Below are positions 10,323 to 20,853 of a DNA stretch of 47,379 nt, piece by piece. A model generated the notes under the pieces. The model was given only the letters and a program-made list of their open reading frames with translations, did no database searches and was not told where the DNA came from. The translations under genes and the position numbers were made by a program. The stretch is taken from the IMG/VR virus record IMGVR_UViG_2721755497_000004; one strand, given 5' to 3'. Position 1 is the stretch's first letter. Every line of letters begins with the position of its first letter. This DNA is from a virus. Its lineage: Duplodnaviria > Heunggongvirae > Uroviricota > Caudoviricetes.

Positions 10323-12901
10323 CGCCCACCTCCGGAGAACATACCGCCATCACGCATCTGTGCCTGGATCTCATCACGGGCTCCCTTACGGGCCATGTCA
10401 TAAACCAGCACCAGTGCCTGCGGACCGATACTGCCATTCGTGGCATCATTCTGAATCACCACATTGTTGTTCTGATTAAAACTGATACCATCTGCCCGCC
10501 GCATCTGAGCCTGACTTCCGGAACCACCCACATAACCGCCATCCGCATACCCCCGCATCAGGCGGTACAGGTTGCCGACACCAATCCGGCTGGTTGCCTC
10601 CTTCGTGAACACAAACTCACCACGGTGAACAATCCCCGCAGGCTCATATTTTCCGCCAGTGCCGGTGAATCCACCGGTCGCAAAATGAAAGTTTGCTGCC
10701 GCAGCCTGAATGGCTGTCCCCGTGGAAGCTGACGCGCCAGCACCACCAATGGCTCCCCCGATGGCGCTGCCGATACTCCCGACAATCCCCACCATGGCCT
10801 GTTTAATCAGGATTTCCGTCATCATGGACAGCACCGAACGGGTGAAACTGCGCCAGTTCTGTTCACTGCCGGTCAGCATTGCCGCCATATTCTGTGCAAT
10901 ACCATCAAAGGTCTGCGTTGCAGCACTTTTAACCTGCGAAAAACTGTCCGTCGCACTTTCAACCCACTCACCCCAGCCAGACTTAAACCCGGCCAGCCAG
11001 TCACTGCGCAGCATATCTTCATCCGCCCATGTCTGCTTCAGTGCCCCGGTGACCTGTGCCAGCGCCTGCGGATTATCGCGGTACACGTCACGAAGACGCT
11101 GCTCTTCAGACTCACGCTGCGCCTGACGATCGGTGAGACCGCGGGCTTTTGCGCTGATGGCCGCCTGCTTCGCGCTCTGCTGCTCTTCAAACCGCGCTGC
11201 CTGCTGTGCCAGCTCATTCAGCCGTTTCTGGTATTCAACCTTGTCGCCCAGGTCAGCCAGCTGGCGTTTGTACTCCAGCGTCTCTTTCTCATGGGCCAGC
11301 AGGGATTTTTCCTGCTCAGATAACTGCCGTTTCGTGGCGGCCTCTTTCAGGACCGCATACTGATTTTCCGCTTTCCATAAATCCCGGCGCTGCTGGCTGA
11401 TTTTCTCATTCGTACCACTGTGTTTTTCCAGCGTCCGGAGCTCGGTATCAAGCGCCAGCAGGGCAGCATGCGCCTGGTCTTCCTGACGCTCACCGGCTGA
11501 CACTTTTACACCTGACGACTTCGGCTTTTTCAGCGTCGCTTCATAATCCTTTTTCGCAGCCGCCATCAGCGTGTTGTAATCTGCCTGCAGGATTTTCCCG
11601 TCTTTCAGTGCCTTCTTCAGTTCCTTCTGGCGGGCGGTATATTTATCCAGCGGCGTCTGCAGGCGTTCATATGCCTTCTGCACCTCTTCGGTGTACTTCA
11701 GCCGTGAGGCCTCTGATTCAGCCCGATCCCGTGCCGCCATTTCGCTGGCTTTTTCCAGGTCTGCCTGCAGTGTCGCCGCTGAAAGACCGAGGCGGGCGTT
11801 TTCGCGGTCGTCCCATGCGCCGCGCAGATTAGAAAGATACGCTGACGTTTTTCCGCGCCGGTTACTGCGACTCTGATACCATTGCCATTTTTTATCCGCC
11901 TCATCGAATGCCTGCTGTGCCTTATTCAGCATTTCTGCAGATGACTCAGGACGCCCGATATCCAGCACTGCATCCCACATGGATTTAAACGCACTGCCGA
12001 CTTTATCCGCCCAGGTCTCCAGCGTTCCCATATTCGCTTTCAGGCGGCGGGTCTGCTCATCAAACCCTTTTGTGGCGGCCTCGTTTGCGGCCTGCAATGC
12101 CCCGGCCTCATCACCGGAACGCTGCAGTTGCGCAACATACGCAATCTGCTCTGCCGTCACGTTACGGAACTGGCGCGCCATCGCCATCAGCCCCGACGTC
12201 GGGTCGGTGGTCAGTTTTCCGAAAGCCTCTGCAATCTTGTCCACTTCCACACCGGATGCAGAAGCAAAACGCGCCACACTCTGATTAATGGCATCAAACT
12301 GTTCACCACCACGCACACCGGCATTCACCAGTGCTGCCAGTGACTCACTCGCCTGATTAAACGTCAGCCCTGCTGCCTGTCCTGCTCTGGAGAGAGTCAG
12401 CATGCGATCTGCGGTCAGCCCGGACTGATTACCGGAAAGAACCAGGGTTTTATTAAACGCTGAAAGCGTGGAGTCCCCCTGGTACCAGGCATACGCCAGC
12501 GCCCCGGTTGCTGCAACGAGTGATGTGATCCCGACAGCAGGCAGCGTGACGGCACCAGCAAGGCTCCGGAACATGGGGATCAGCCCACCGAAGGAGTCCT
12601 TCACCTGTCCGCCCTGCTGCAGCAGGATCAACCACGGACTCTGACCACCGGCAAGCTGCGTGGCGATATCCGTGAACTGTGCGGGCAGGGTACGCATGGC
12701 TGCTTTATACTGCCCGACGGAAATCCCGGCTTTTTGTGCGGCCAGCGCCTGACGGTTCAGACTCTGCTCAACGGCACCGGCGGTTTTTCTGGCGTCGGTA
12801 TCCAGTCCTGAAAAATGACGCCTTACCCGGCTCATCTGCTCATCGAAACGGGCCGCATCCAGACTCAGGTCAATAACAAGATCACCAACCGGCTGGGACA
12901 T
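10319..12901 (-). CDS. H: tail tape measure protein H
   Basis: 860-aa ORF, MSQPVGDLVIDLSLDAARFDEQM... and C-terminal ...MRDGGMFSGGGR as in lambda gpH. Confidence 0.95.
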   Translation of the reverse strand: MSQPVGDLVIDLSLDAARFDEQMSRVRRHFSGLDTDARKTAGAVEQSLNRQALAAQKAGISVGQYKAAMRTLPAQFTDIATQLAGGQSPWLILLQQGGQVKDSFGGLIPMFRSLAGAVTLPAVGITSLVAATGALAYAWYQGDSTLSAFNKTLVLSGNQSGLTADRMLTLSRAGQAAGLTFNQASESLAALVNAGVRGGEQFDAINQSVARFASASGVEVDKIAEAFGKLTTDPTSGLMAMARQFRNVTAEQIAYVAQLQRSGDEAGALQAANEAATKGFDEQTRRLKANMGTLETWADKVGSAFKSMWDAVLDIGRPESSAEMLNKAQQAFDEADKKWQWYQSRSNRRGKTSAYLSNLRGAWDDRENARLGLSAATLQADLEKASEMAARDRAESEASRLKYTEEVQKAYERLQTPLDKYTARQKELKKALKDGKILQADYNTLMAAAKKDYEATLKKPKSSGVKVSAGERQEDQAHAALLALDTELRTLEKHSGTNEKISQQRRDLWKAENQYAVLKEAATKRQLSEQEKSLLAHEKETLEYKRQLADLGDKVEYQKRLNELAQQAARFEEQQSAKQAAISAKARGLTDRQAQRESEEQRLRDVYRDNPQALAQVTGALKQTWADEDMLRSDWLAGFKSGWGEWVESATDSFSQVKSAATQTFDGIAQNMAAMLTGSEQNWRSFTRSVLSMMTEILIKQAMVGIVGSIGSAIGGAIGGAGASASTGTAIQAAAANFHFATGGFTGTGGKYEPAGIVHRGEFVFTKEATSRIGVGNLYRLMRGYADGGYVGGSGSQAQMRRADGISFNQNNNVVIQNDATNGSIGPQALVLVYDMARKGARDEIQAQMRDGGMFSGGGR

Positions 12902-13346
12902 ATCTCACACCTCCTGAAATCCCCGCTGAAGCCATCATTAATGCAACATCATCCTCGCTGACATCCACCACATCTGCAGAAGGTGAAATATCGCCCCCTC
13001 CCTCCCCACCGAACCGGACGCCTCCGGCAAGTCCTGCCGCTTTCTGCATCAGCATGTCTTCCTCATCCGGCATCTCCGTCTGCTCTTCCTCTCGCCGGGG
13101 AGCCAGCAGACTGAAATCCGAGGGATGCATATCCGGATCGCAAAAAAACAGGCTGAGTACGGCGTACATCAGCCCGGAAAAATGCATATCCAGTTGGGTA
13201 TCCTGAAAATAATGCGTGCGGTAAAAATGTCGCCAGTCGGCATATTCGGTGGATGTCATCCCGGCAAGCATGGCGCGCCAGTCAGGCCTCCCCATCTCAC
13301 GCGCCAGTCTGAGGGCAAAATTCAGCTCGCCGTCGAAAACTTTCCC
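12882..13346 (-). CDS. T: T portion of the tail assembly chaperone G-T fusion, reached by -1 frameshift from G
   Basis: Frame -1 relative to G continues from the slippery site as GKVFDGELNFALRLAREMGRPDWRAML..., matching lambda gpGT as recalled; no independent start needed. Confidence 0.85.
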   Translation of the reverse strand, partial: GKVFDGELNFALRLAREMGRPDWRAMLAGMTSTEYADWRHFYRTHYFQDTQLDMHFSGLMYAVLSLFFCDPDMHPSDFSLLAPRREEEQTEMPDEEDMLMQKAAGLAGGVRFGGEGGGDISPSADVVDVSEDDVALMMASAGISGGVRYVPAGW

Positions 13347-13753
13347 GCAGAAAAATCATCATCAGTAAGCACGTTATTTTTCGCCACTTCGGTGATATCA
13401 GTATCCGTATGAACAGGCTCGCTCATCCCGGACAGATGCAACACCACATCTTCCGCCCGGGCAATGGCATCGGCAGGCCAGGTGGTGAGCACTTCCTGCT
13501 CGATCTGCATCACGGCCTCATTCATGGACGGCATCTGCGTTTTCTGTGGATGGTTATGCCACAGGGACATCGCCACCAGAAACGCGCCGGTTCTGACGAG
13601 ATCTTCCACGCTCACCTGCAGGTTACCGCTGGCTTCAGCCTGTTCTGCACGCCGTTTCAGCAGGGCAAGATGCTCAATACGCTGCAGCGCAGACAGCTCA
13701 GAAAGCGTGACGGACACACCGTTATATTCAAATTGTTCTGTTTTCAGAAACAT
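13322..13753 (-). CDS. G: tail assembly chaperone G
   Basis: MFLKTEQFEYNGVSVTLSELSALQRIEHLALLKRRAEQAE... matches lambda gpG. Confidence 0.9.
   Translation of the reverse strand: MFLKTEQFEYNGVSVTLSELSALQRIEHLALLKRRAEQAEASGNLQVSVEDLVRTGAFLVAMSLWHNHPQKTQMPSMNEAVMQIEQEVLTTWPADAIARAEDVVLHLSGMSEPVHTDTDITEVAKNNVLTDDDFSAGKFSTAS
13340..13346 (-). other. programmed -1 ribosomal frameshift slippery heptamer G_GGA_AAG
   Basis: GGGAAAG on the minus strand within the last codons of G (…SAGKFSTAS*), same site type as lambda G/T. Confidence 0.8.
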
Positions 13754-13772
13754 GCTTTATCACTCCCTCAGC

Positions 13773-14522
13773 TTAACCCGCTGCGCCATCCGTGACGGTA
13801 ATTTCCGCCACTGCCGCAAACTCACCATTGCCGGTGACAACAGGGATCTGCGCTTTACCCGCCGCAACACCTTTCACCGTGATTGTGTTCCCCTTCACGG
13901 TAATGGTGGCGAAATTCTGATTTGCCGACGTGGCACGGAAGGTTTTATCCGTCACCCCTTCCGGCTGAACGGCCACGGTCAGGGTGATACTCTGACCTTT
14001 TGCCACATTGCCCGTTGGTGGCGTCACAGTAATCCCCGTGACCGGTGTGATGTCACCCCGATCCTCCGCCAGCGAAGGACGACCGATATTGGTGATCTTC
14101 ACGGTACGGGTGATCACCTCTTTGGCGGTCACCGCTTTACCAATGGCACTCACCCAGCCACGGAACACATCCACCGTGCCATTCGGGAAGCGGATTTTGT
14201 AAGCCCGGGTCTCGCTGCTGTCAAACCAGGCTATCAAATCACGCTGTCCTTGCTCACCCGGTTTCCAGGCCAGCGTAAAACTGGTGTCACCCGCGGATTT
14301 CTGTCCCTGCCCGGTGGATACCCAGTCGGCATCCTCATCATCCAGATAGTTATCGTCGTAGGATTCCGCCGTCATCTCGCCGGGGGTCAGATCCTTTATT
14401 TTTGCCAGACGCGTCCACTCATCATCTGACAACGGGTTTGCATAAGCATCACCCTTGCCGGTGTAAACCCAGAGCGTGGTGCCGGAACCTTTTACCGGCG
14501 CCAGGGGATTTGGTGTTGCCAT
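13773..14522 (-). CDS. V: major tail tube protein V
   Basis: 249-aa ORF matching lambda gpV including the C-terminal Ig-like region. Confidence 0.95.
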   Translation of the reverse strand: MATPNPLAPVKGSGTTLWVYTGKGDAYANPLSDDEWTRLAKIKDLTPGEMTAESYDDNYLDDEDADWVSTGQGQKSAGDTSFTLAWKPGEQGQRDLIAWFDSSETRAYKIRFPNGTVDVFRGWVSAIGKAVTAKEVITRTVKITNIGRPSLAEDRGDITPVTGITVTPPTGNVAKGQSITLTVAVQPEGVTDKTFRATSANQNFATITVKGNTITVKGVAAGKAQIPVVTGNGEFAAVAEITVTDGAAG

Positions 14523-14529
14523 ATCGTCC

Positions 14530-14925
14530 TCACATTTCGTAGGTAATGGAATAAGTCAGATCAGCAGAACTCCACAATGCCATATCGTCATCACGACGAT
14601 ACTCATAGCCCTGCGTAACCATCGTGGTAATCATGCCTGCCAGTGCAGGGATCGCCGCCATCGCCGGGTAAATCCGGCTTTCCATCCACTGATCAAGCTC
14701 TGAATCCGGTACCTGTGCCGGTAAAAACACCTCAATATGCAGTGTGGCCCGCCAGGTATCTGCATCCAGCTCTTCACCGGTATACTCTGCATCCGTCAGA
14801 TAAACCGCGACCGCCGGAAAATCCTCTTCGTCAAAAACAACGGGGCGACCATCAAACAGCGTCGCCCCGTGTTCATGCTGCTCGAGTGCATCCAGCACTG
14901 CGGCACGAATATCAGTATGTTTCAT
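14530..14925 (-). CDS. U: tail terminator protein U
   Basis: 131-aa ORF, size and synteny between Z and V. Confidence 0.9.
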   Translation of the reverse strand: MKHTDIRAAVLDALEQHEHGATLFDGRPVVFDEEDFPAVAVYLTDAEYTGEELDADTWRATLHIEVFLPAQVPDSELDQWMESRIYPAMAAIPALAGMITTMVTQGYEYRRDDDMALWSSADLTYSITYEM

Positions 14926-15500
14926 CGTTTTATCGCAATCCTCAGTTGTTGTTTCAGCGCGTATGACAGTTCTTCTGGCAGGCGTTCACGCCGGATACGT
15001 TCAATATTCTGTTTAAATGCTGTGGTCAGCGGCACCGCCATCGGGATTTTTACCACATCAATGGGGTAACGGTTTTTCCCGGCCACACGCTGCATGACAT
15101 GCCACCGGCCATTTTTCAGTTGCTGAATAAACGCGCCGGGAATGCGACGGTTACCCACCACAAGCACACTGCCGCCACCTTTCAGGGATGAACGCTGCCC
15201 CTTTTTACGTCGCCTGCGTCGGGACAGGACAACCCGCGCATTACCCAGCCTGATTACGGGCAAATCCCCCCGGTTAACTTTGATTCTGACCTGAGGATTT
15301 TTAACCGTGGCCCTTTTCAGCCTGGCCCTTCCCTTTACCAGTTTCCGGCGTACCTTTGTCTCACGGGCAACCTGTGACGCCGACTGATTTATTGCCGTTG
15401 TGGCCACACTGTTAATGGCCATTGCTGAAGCAGCAGGAATGGCGTTTTTACGAAACCGGCTCAGATTGTCAATAGCCTGATCAAGCCCTTTTATCACCAT
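14922..15500 (-). CDS. Z: tail completion protein Z
   Basis: MVIKGLDQAIDNLSR...ARETKVRRKLVKGRARLKRATVKNPQVRIKVNRGDLPVI... matches lambda gpZ. Confidence 0.9.
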   Translation of the reverse strand: MVIKGLDQAIDNLSRFRKNAIPAASAMAINSVATTAINQSASQVARETKVRRKLVKGRARLKRATVKNPQVRIKVNRGDLPVIRLGNARVVLSRRRRRKKGQRSSLKGGGSVLVVGNRRIPGAFIQQLKNGRWHVMQRVAGKNRYPIDVVKIPMAVPLTTAFKQNIERIRRERLPEELSYALKQQLRIAIKR

Positions 15501-15514
15501 AATTCACCCTGCGT

Positions 15515-15868
15515 TTATCGTCGCCGGTTAACAGCCGGTGGTTCCCCACGGTTGAGCCAGAGATAACAACTGCCCCCGTCATCCGGAGATACACGATCCA
15601 CCCAGAACATCTCGCCGTTAATGGTCAGCGTGTCACCACGCCGCACAGCACGAACCGTATCCGTCCGCACAAATAATGACGGGCTGCTTCCTTCAATACG
15701 GACCCCGCCACCTGCAAACCCCAGCGACTCCGGATCGTCAAAAACCCCCTGAACTTCGCCGCCACGTTGTGCACCGGATGTGAACTGCGCACGGATCCCC
15801 ATCACTTCAACGATCGTACTGTCCACCCCGGCGAGGGCAGCATCAAAGGCATTCTGAAAATCACGCAT
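15515..15868 (-). CDS. FII: head-tail connector protein FII
   Basis: MRDFQNAFDAALAG...VDRVSPDDGGSCYLWLNRGEPPAVNRRR matches lambda gpFII. Confidence 0.9.
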   Translation of the reverse strand: MRDFQNAFDAALAGVDSTIVEVMGIRAQFTSGAQRGGEVQGVFDDPESLGFAGGGVRIEGSSPSLFVRTDTVRAVRRGDTLTINGEMFWVDRVSPDDGGSCYLWLNRGEPPAVNRRR

Positions 15869-16244
15869 ACTCAGCCGTTCCGTGCTGTATCATGGCCGTT
15901 GCCAGTGATGATGGCACCAGAACACGCATACCCCGTAACGCCAGCTCAACGGGACGACCTGTCTCCGGGCAATACCCCATCACTTGCAGGCACTTCCGTA
16001 CCCGGACGGCTTTAACATCATCCGGAGCATCAGTGTTGTTCAACTGCTCACCATCGTCTGTGTAATTTTGATCAGACCCGCTCTCATCAGAGTGCATAAT
16101 GCCTTCCGGTGAAACAGCAAGCTCCTCTTCCCACTCAGACACACGTTGAGCAATATCCGCTGCACTCCCCGACATATCCACCTCGCGCCCCAGCAGGCCA
16201 GCCAGTTCACGAAGACGTTTCTGATTTTCTTCTTTTGTTGCCAT
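15861..16244 (-). CDS. FI: DNA packaging / head completion protein FI
   Basis: Acidic ~128-aa protein between E and FII; start chosen at the MATKEENQKRL Met; synteny. Confidence 0.7.
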   Translation of the reverse strand: MATKEENQKRLRELAGLLGREVDMSGSAADIAQRVSEWEEELAVSPEGIMHSDESGSDQNYTDDGEQLNNTDAPDDVKAVRVRKCLQVMGYCPETGRPVELALRGMRVLVPSSLATAMIQHGTAEYA

Positions 16245-16295
16245 CTCAGCCCCCTGTGAAAAAAGACACGGGGGCATATCGCCCCCACTCACGGA

Positions 16296-17324
16296 TTATT
16301 TCACCTGTACCACCACAAACTCATCCGGATCCGGCAGCACCATCAGCGGAGCGGACTGCGTCATGGTGAATTCACGGGCCGGATCGCCAACGGTCAGCCA
16401 GTGTTTCGGATAACGGGAAGAGGCCACCACACCTTCGGACAACGCCTGCGCATCCTGAATGGCACCATAGCAACGGATGCCATCAGCAACCGTATTTCCC
16501 AGGACCAGCGTGCCCTCCGGCAGATAACGTTTTTCGGTACCGTCCTCTGCCACATAAGACGTTTTCGCCACCACAATGGCCAGATCACCGTAATACCCTT
16601 TGAAAGACACCACCGACCCCAAGTCTTTCACTGCCGTTTCGAGTTGTGAATTTGAGCCGCGACGGGTATCCAGTTTTTCGCGGAACAGCTTAAAGCCATT
16701 CAGCAGACGCCAGACCGTACCGTCCATAATGGCGATATTCACAAGGCCGCTGGCCTGATCGCAGTAGAGGTCAATATCATGCGTCGGATCAAACGTATCA
16801 CGGTCCTGCTCAGACCATTTTTTACCGTCAGCCTGCTCAATGTTATTTCCTTCAGAGCGCCCGAAATCCACCTCGACAGTATCAAACAGCTCCCCTTCCA
16901 TGGTGTATTTGCCATACAGCACGGCATTCACCGCCTGCATTTCTTCCACCTGGACAATGGCGTGCTCTTCCTGTTTGAGGTTATCGGTGATGATACGCAG
17001 ACGACGGTAGGTCGGGTCGTTCAGCTGCGCCGGATCTTCACCGGGAAGGCGCTCCACCGCCTGCTGGTAATTAAATTCGTGTTTCGGCTTGACGTAGCCC
17101 GGACGCAACACGCGGGTTTCACCACCACGATGACGCAGCACTTTTCCTTCAACAACCGGGGAGACATAGGCTGCCACCGGCGTTTTTCCGGTAATTTTGT
17201 CCAGCATCACCTCTTCGGTGTGGAAATTCACCGTACGGCGGAAAAACAGTTCCAGAAACAGCGCACGAAATTTCACTTTTTGTTCGGTATAACCGAGTAA
17301 CTGGCGGGTCGTAAACAATCCCAT
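16296..17324 (-). CDS. E: major capsid protein E
   Basis: 342-aa ORF matching lambda gpE (…PGYVKPKHE..., ...DPAREFTMTQSAPLMVLPDPDEFVVVQV). Confidence 0.95.
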   Translation of the reverse strand: MGLFTTRQLLGYTEQKVKFRALFLELFFRRTVNFHTEEVMLDKITGKTPVAAYVSPVVEGKVLRHRGGETRVLRPGYVKPKHEFNYQQAVERLPGEDPAQLNDPTYRRLRIITDNLKQEEHAIVQVEEMQAVNAVLYGKYTMEGELFDTVEVDFGRSEGNNIEQADGKKWSEQDRDTFDPTHDIDLYCDQASGLVNIAIMDGTVWRLLNGFKLFREKLDTRRGSNSQLETAVKDLGSVVSFKGYYGDLAIVVAKTSYVAEDGTEKRYLPEGTLVLGNTVADGIRCYGAIQDAQALSEGVVASSRYPKHWLTVGDPAREFTMTQSAPLMVLPDPDEFVVVQVK

Positions 17325-17381
17325 AAATCAGTTCCTTTCATTCAGAAATCAGTCAGGCCAACGCAGTGGCCTGATAACGTG

Positions 17382-17729
17382 TTACGGCAGCGCCGCGTGA
17401 CTCAGGGCACTGCCGGCAAAGGCGTTGGCCTTTTTGTGTTCATCCACACTTTCAGGCCAGCGGATTGCCTCCGTCGCAAAGGTCCCCGACTTGTAATAGG
17501 TCAGCACCGTCTCCGTGCCTTCAAGCGGCAGTACCAGTATGCCAACCGCACTACCGGCTTTCTTTCCGTCCCAGACCACCAGTTTCCCGGTGGCCTCATC
17601 CAGCATCAGGGGTGTCAGTGCTGGTGTTGCCGAGGAAATCCCGCTGCTGCCTGTGGCGGTATGAACCGGATCATTACCGGCAAAAATACGTACTTCCGCA
17701 CGCTGTTCAGTGATGGTTTTCGTCACCAT
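17382..17729 (-). CDS. D: head decoration protein D
   Basis: 115-aa ORF with HTATGSSGIS...TPLMLDEATGKLVVWDG...AFAG as in lambda gpD. Confidence 0.9.
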   Translation of the reverse strand: MVTKTITEQRAEVRIFAGNDPVHTATGSSGISSATPALTPLMLDEATGKLVVWDGKKAGSAVGILVLPLEGTETVLTYYKSGTFATEAIRWPESVDEHKKANAFAGSALSHAALP

Positions 17730-17765
17730 ATTGTTAAAACCTCATATTGATGGTCAGCACTGACT

Positions 17766-19271
17766 TCATGGCATGGCCATGAGCATTTTCACGTCCGCAT
17801 CACCGTCTGCTGACGTCTGTGACACTCCACCCTGCACCGCTGCCGGTGAATGAGTCGCCATGAAACGCTCAAACATGGTGGTTGTTGATGCAGAAACCGG
17901 CTCTGCCTTACCTGATCCCGCAGCCAGCACAGCCCGGGCGCTCTCCACAGTCATTCCCGGGCAGGCCGCCAGTTTTTCAGCCTGCACCTCAGCCCCTTTT
18001 GCCTCATCCAGAGCCATGATCTGATCACGGAGTGAGAGGCCGGCATCCGCCTGCGGTGAAGCAGCCAGGATCGGGCGGGCTTTTTCCACCGTCATCTCCG
18101 GCATCGCCGCCAGCGTTGCCGCCAGTTGTTCACGACCTTTCGCCTCTTCACACGCCATAATGCGATCGGCTTCACTCTGCTCGGATGCCACCGGCTGCTG
18201 TGGTGCTGCCGCGGCCAGAATCGCCCGGGCCTGTTCAACGCTCATGCCCTGTTGTCCTGCCAGCACCGTGGCAAGCTGTTCACGTCCTTTCGCTTCCTGA
18301 CTCGTCAGGATCCCCATCACTCGCTGGTTCTCCTGCGCGGCAGCTTCCGTTGCGGTTAATTGCGGCATAGTGCCTCCTGTATCATGTGTGTTCAGCGCCG
18401 CAGCCATCACACTGATGGCATCCGACGCATTGATTAATTCATCCGCCAGCCCGGCCTCAATACCGGACTGACCTTCAAAAACGGCAGCCTCTGTCCCCGT
18501 GACCGCATCCACAGACAGCCCGGTATACATCGCCACTTTTTCGGCAAACATACGGTGTGCCGCATCAATGCGCTGCTGCATGTCCTGACGCACCTCTGCC
18601 GGTAAGGCTTCAAACTGATTGCCATCCACCTTGTGCGCCCCGGCATAAATCAGCGTGATATCCACTCCGGCCTGCGCCAGATGACCGGCATAGCTGACAT
18701 GGCTCATCATCACGCCAATAGAGCCGATACGGGATGTCTGGGTAACCAGCCGTCGGGAACAGGCCGACGCCAGCAGCATGGCCGCAGAACAGGCCGTGTC
18801 ATTACACAGTGCCCAGACCGGCTTCTGCTGCCGGAGGCGGTAAATCATGTCAGCGCAGTCAAACGCGCCGGCGGCCTGCCCGCCCGGACTGTCAATGTCC
18901 AGCAGTACGCCCCGCACCTGGCTATCCGCCATTGCCTGCTGAAGACAGGCGACAATACCGTCATAGCCTGTCATTCCGGAAAATGGCCGCATACCACCCA
19001 GCCGGTGCACCAGCGTGCCGGTCACCGGCAGTACAGCAATACCGTTCACCACCCTGTAAACACGGGCCGGTCGTTTACCTCCGGCCATGTACTCGTCCGT
19101 TTCAGCCAGCATTCCGGGAGCATCAAACTGTACCTGCTGTTGTGGTACCGAAAGACTTGCTGCCCCCATCTCGCGCCCGAGCGCGCAAAAGAAAACCCGC
19201 GCATAGGCGGGCTCCAGAAGCAGCGGTTCATTGAATGCTGCGGCAATAATGTGTGAAAGATTACGTCTCAC
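17766..19271 (-). CDS. C: prohead protease / scaffold (C with in-frame Nu3-like region), S49 peptidase family
   Basis: 501-aa ORF; N-terminal ClpP/S49-like domain like lambda gpC; C-terminal part carries three tandem ~36-aa repeats (…EAKGREQLA…GMTVE.AR.ILAA…). Confidence 0.9.
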   Translation of the reverse strand: MRRNLSHIIAAAFNEPLLLEPAYARVFFCALGREMGAASLSVPQQQVQFDAPGMLAETDEYMAGGKRPARVYRVVNGIAVLPVTGTLVHRLGGMRPFSGMTGYDGIVACLQQAMADSQVRGVLLDIDSPGGQAAGAFDCADMIYRLRQQKPVWALCNDTACSAAMLLASACSRRLVTQTSRIGSIGVMMSHVSYAGHLAQAGVDITLIYAGAHKVDGNQFEALPAEVRQDMQQRIDAAHRMFAEKVAMYTGLSVDAVTGTEAAVFEGQSGIEAGLADELINASDAISVMAAALNTHDTGGTMPQLTATEAAAQENQRVMGILTSQEAKGREQLATVLAGQQGMSVEQARAILAAAAPQQPVASEQSEADRIMACEEAKGREQLAATLAAMPEMTVEKARPILAASPQADAGLSLRDQIMALDEAKGAEVQAEKLAACPGMTVESARAVLAAGSGKAEPVSASTTTMFERFMATHSPAAVQGGVSQTSADGDADVKMLMAMP

Positions 19272-20853
19272 GTGGTGTTGTCTCCTCTTCCGGCCTGCGA
19301 CTCTCCGCTATCTGCTGCTGATACGCCTGCGCTATCCACACCGGACGTGAGAGTCCGGCTTTTTGCCGCTCTGCAGATTCCCTGACCTGCTGGCGGAAAA
19401 TGTCCTGATAATCCTCGCCCATTAGCGCCAGCTCTTTCTCATACGTGCTCAGTCCGGCCTCAATGCGCATCACTGATTCCTGGACTTCCTTGAGCCCGTC
19501 AATGGCCATTCTTCCTGCACCAATCCACTCTGCCCGTGACCAGGCTGATCGCGCCTGATAAAAATCAAAACGTGCCCGTGGCGGATGAATAATCCCCCGA
19601 AGAAGTGCCTCTTCCAGCCAGCAGGAAAACATCTGCGTGGCCAGCCGGGCCGCAATAAATTTTCGCCGCCCCATAAAATAGCGCCACGACTCATTGGCGG
19701 AGGCGCGGGCACTTGAGTAACTGACCTTCGAGTAATCACGGGACAACTGTTCGTAGGAAACCCCAAGACCGGCGGCGATATACCGCAGCAGCGCCTGTTC
19801 AAGCGCAGAAAATCCATTGTCTGAATCCTGCGCTGTCTGTAGTTTCAGATCATCCCCGGGGAAAAGGTGCGGAATTTTGACACCGCCCAGCGTCACGCTA
19901 TTCGTGTCATACCAGGTGGAGAACTTCTCCAGAATATTCATAAGCGGATTATCCTTCTGCCCCTGCGGCGCACCAGCGATATATTCAAAGGCCTTTTCGG
20001 TATCAAGGTCACTTTCAATCGTCGCTGCATACATGGCTTTGACAATGGCCGACTGAAGCTGTGTTGCCTGCAGGGAATCGAGCATCTTCAGCCGTTCCAT
20101 GACGCTGTAAAACTGATTGGCCCCACGGGTCTGCCCGTCCTCCACCGGCTCGAAAATATGCAGCATGGCCGGACGCCCGGTGGGAAGTTCACGCGGGATC
20201 CGTTCCCATCGTCCACTACCAGAGAACGGAAAATCATCCTCACAGATATGGTACGCGACGGCACGGCCATATCGATCGACCTCCACACCGGCCCGCAGAA
20301 AACGGTTCCCCATACCGTGTCCAGGCGTGTCCACCCGTTTCGGACTCACGGCTTTAAAACGCGTACGGAATAACTGCGTGGTTTCCGTATCCCAGACCGG
20401 CTGCACAAAGATTTCGCCGTTAAACGCATGAACGCCCACACCTTCACGGATAAATTCCGTGAACGTGCGTTTTCCTTCCACGTCGATCTCGCCAAACATC
20501 CCTTCGGCGTATTCCGACCAGGCCGCCTCCACCTCATCGACAAAGCTTTTTGCTGCGGTCTCCCGCATCCCCAGCCAGCGCCAGTTCGGACGGTAGCTGA
20601 TCAGAAACATATGCCCGACAATGTGATCCTTATGCAGAGCCACCGCATTAGCCGCTATTCCGTTATTGCGCACCAGATCATCTGCCCGGGCATTCCCCAG
20701 ACGCAACGCGGGCAGCAGGGCCGCATCGGCACTCTGCGCCGGTGGCAACCACTCAGCCATTTGCCCGCCAAATCCTGCACCGCCCCCGTTGTAGCTGAGA
20801 CTCTCACGAAGCGGAACGCCGTTCACATCAATCAGGACAGGCGTTCGTTTCAT
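19261..20853 (-). CDS. B: portal protein B
   Basis: Start at the MKRTPVLIDVNG Met; strong match to lambda gpB throughout (…EPVEDGQTRGANQFYSVME…). Confidence 0.95.
   Translation of the reverse strand: MKRTPVLIDVNGVPLRESLSYNGGGAGFGGQMAEWLPPAQSADAALLPALRLGNARADDLVRNNGIAANAVALHKDHIVGHMFLISYRPNWRWLGMRETAAKSFVDEVEAAWSEYAEGMFGEIDVEGKRTFTEFIREGVGVHAFNGEIFVQPVWDTETTQLFRTRFKAVSPKRVDTPGHGMGNRFLRAGVEVDRYGRAVAYHICEDDFPFSGSGRWERIPRELPTGRPAMLHIFEPVEDGQTRGANQFYSVMERLKMLDSLQATQLQSAIVKAMYAATIESDLDTEKAFEYIAGAPQGQKDNPLMNILEKFSTWYDTNSVTLGGVKIPHLFPGDDLKLQTAQDSDNGFSALEQALLRYIAAGLGVSYEQLSRDYSKVSYSSARASANESWRYFMGRRKFIAARLATQMFSCWLEEALLRGIIHPPRARFDFYQARSAWSRAEWIGAGRMAIDGLKEVQESVMRIEAGLSTYEKELALMGEDYQDIFRQQVRESAERQKAGLSRPVWIAQAYQQQIAESRRPEEETTPRET

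Noticed and set aside
10313-12343. Multiple plus-strand ORFs within the tape-measure gene H, and similar antisense ORFs within A, B, C and E
   Set aside because: Antisense to strongly supported structural genes; typical spurious ORFs in GC-rich coding DNA.
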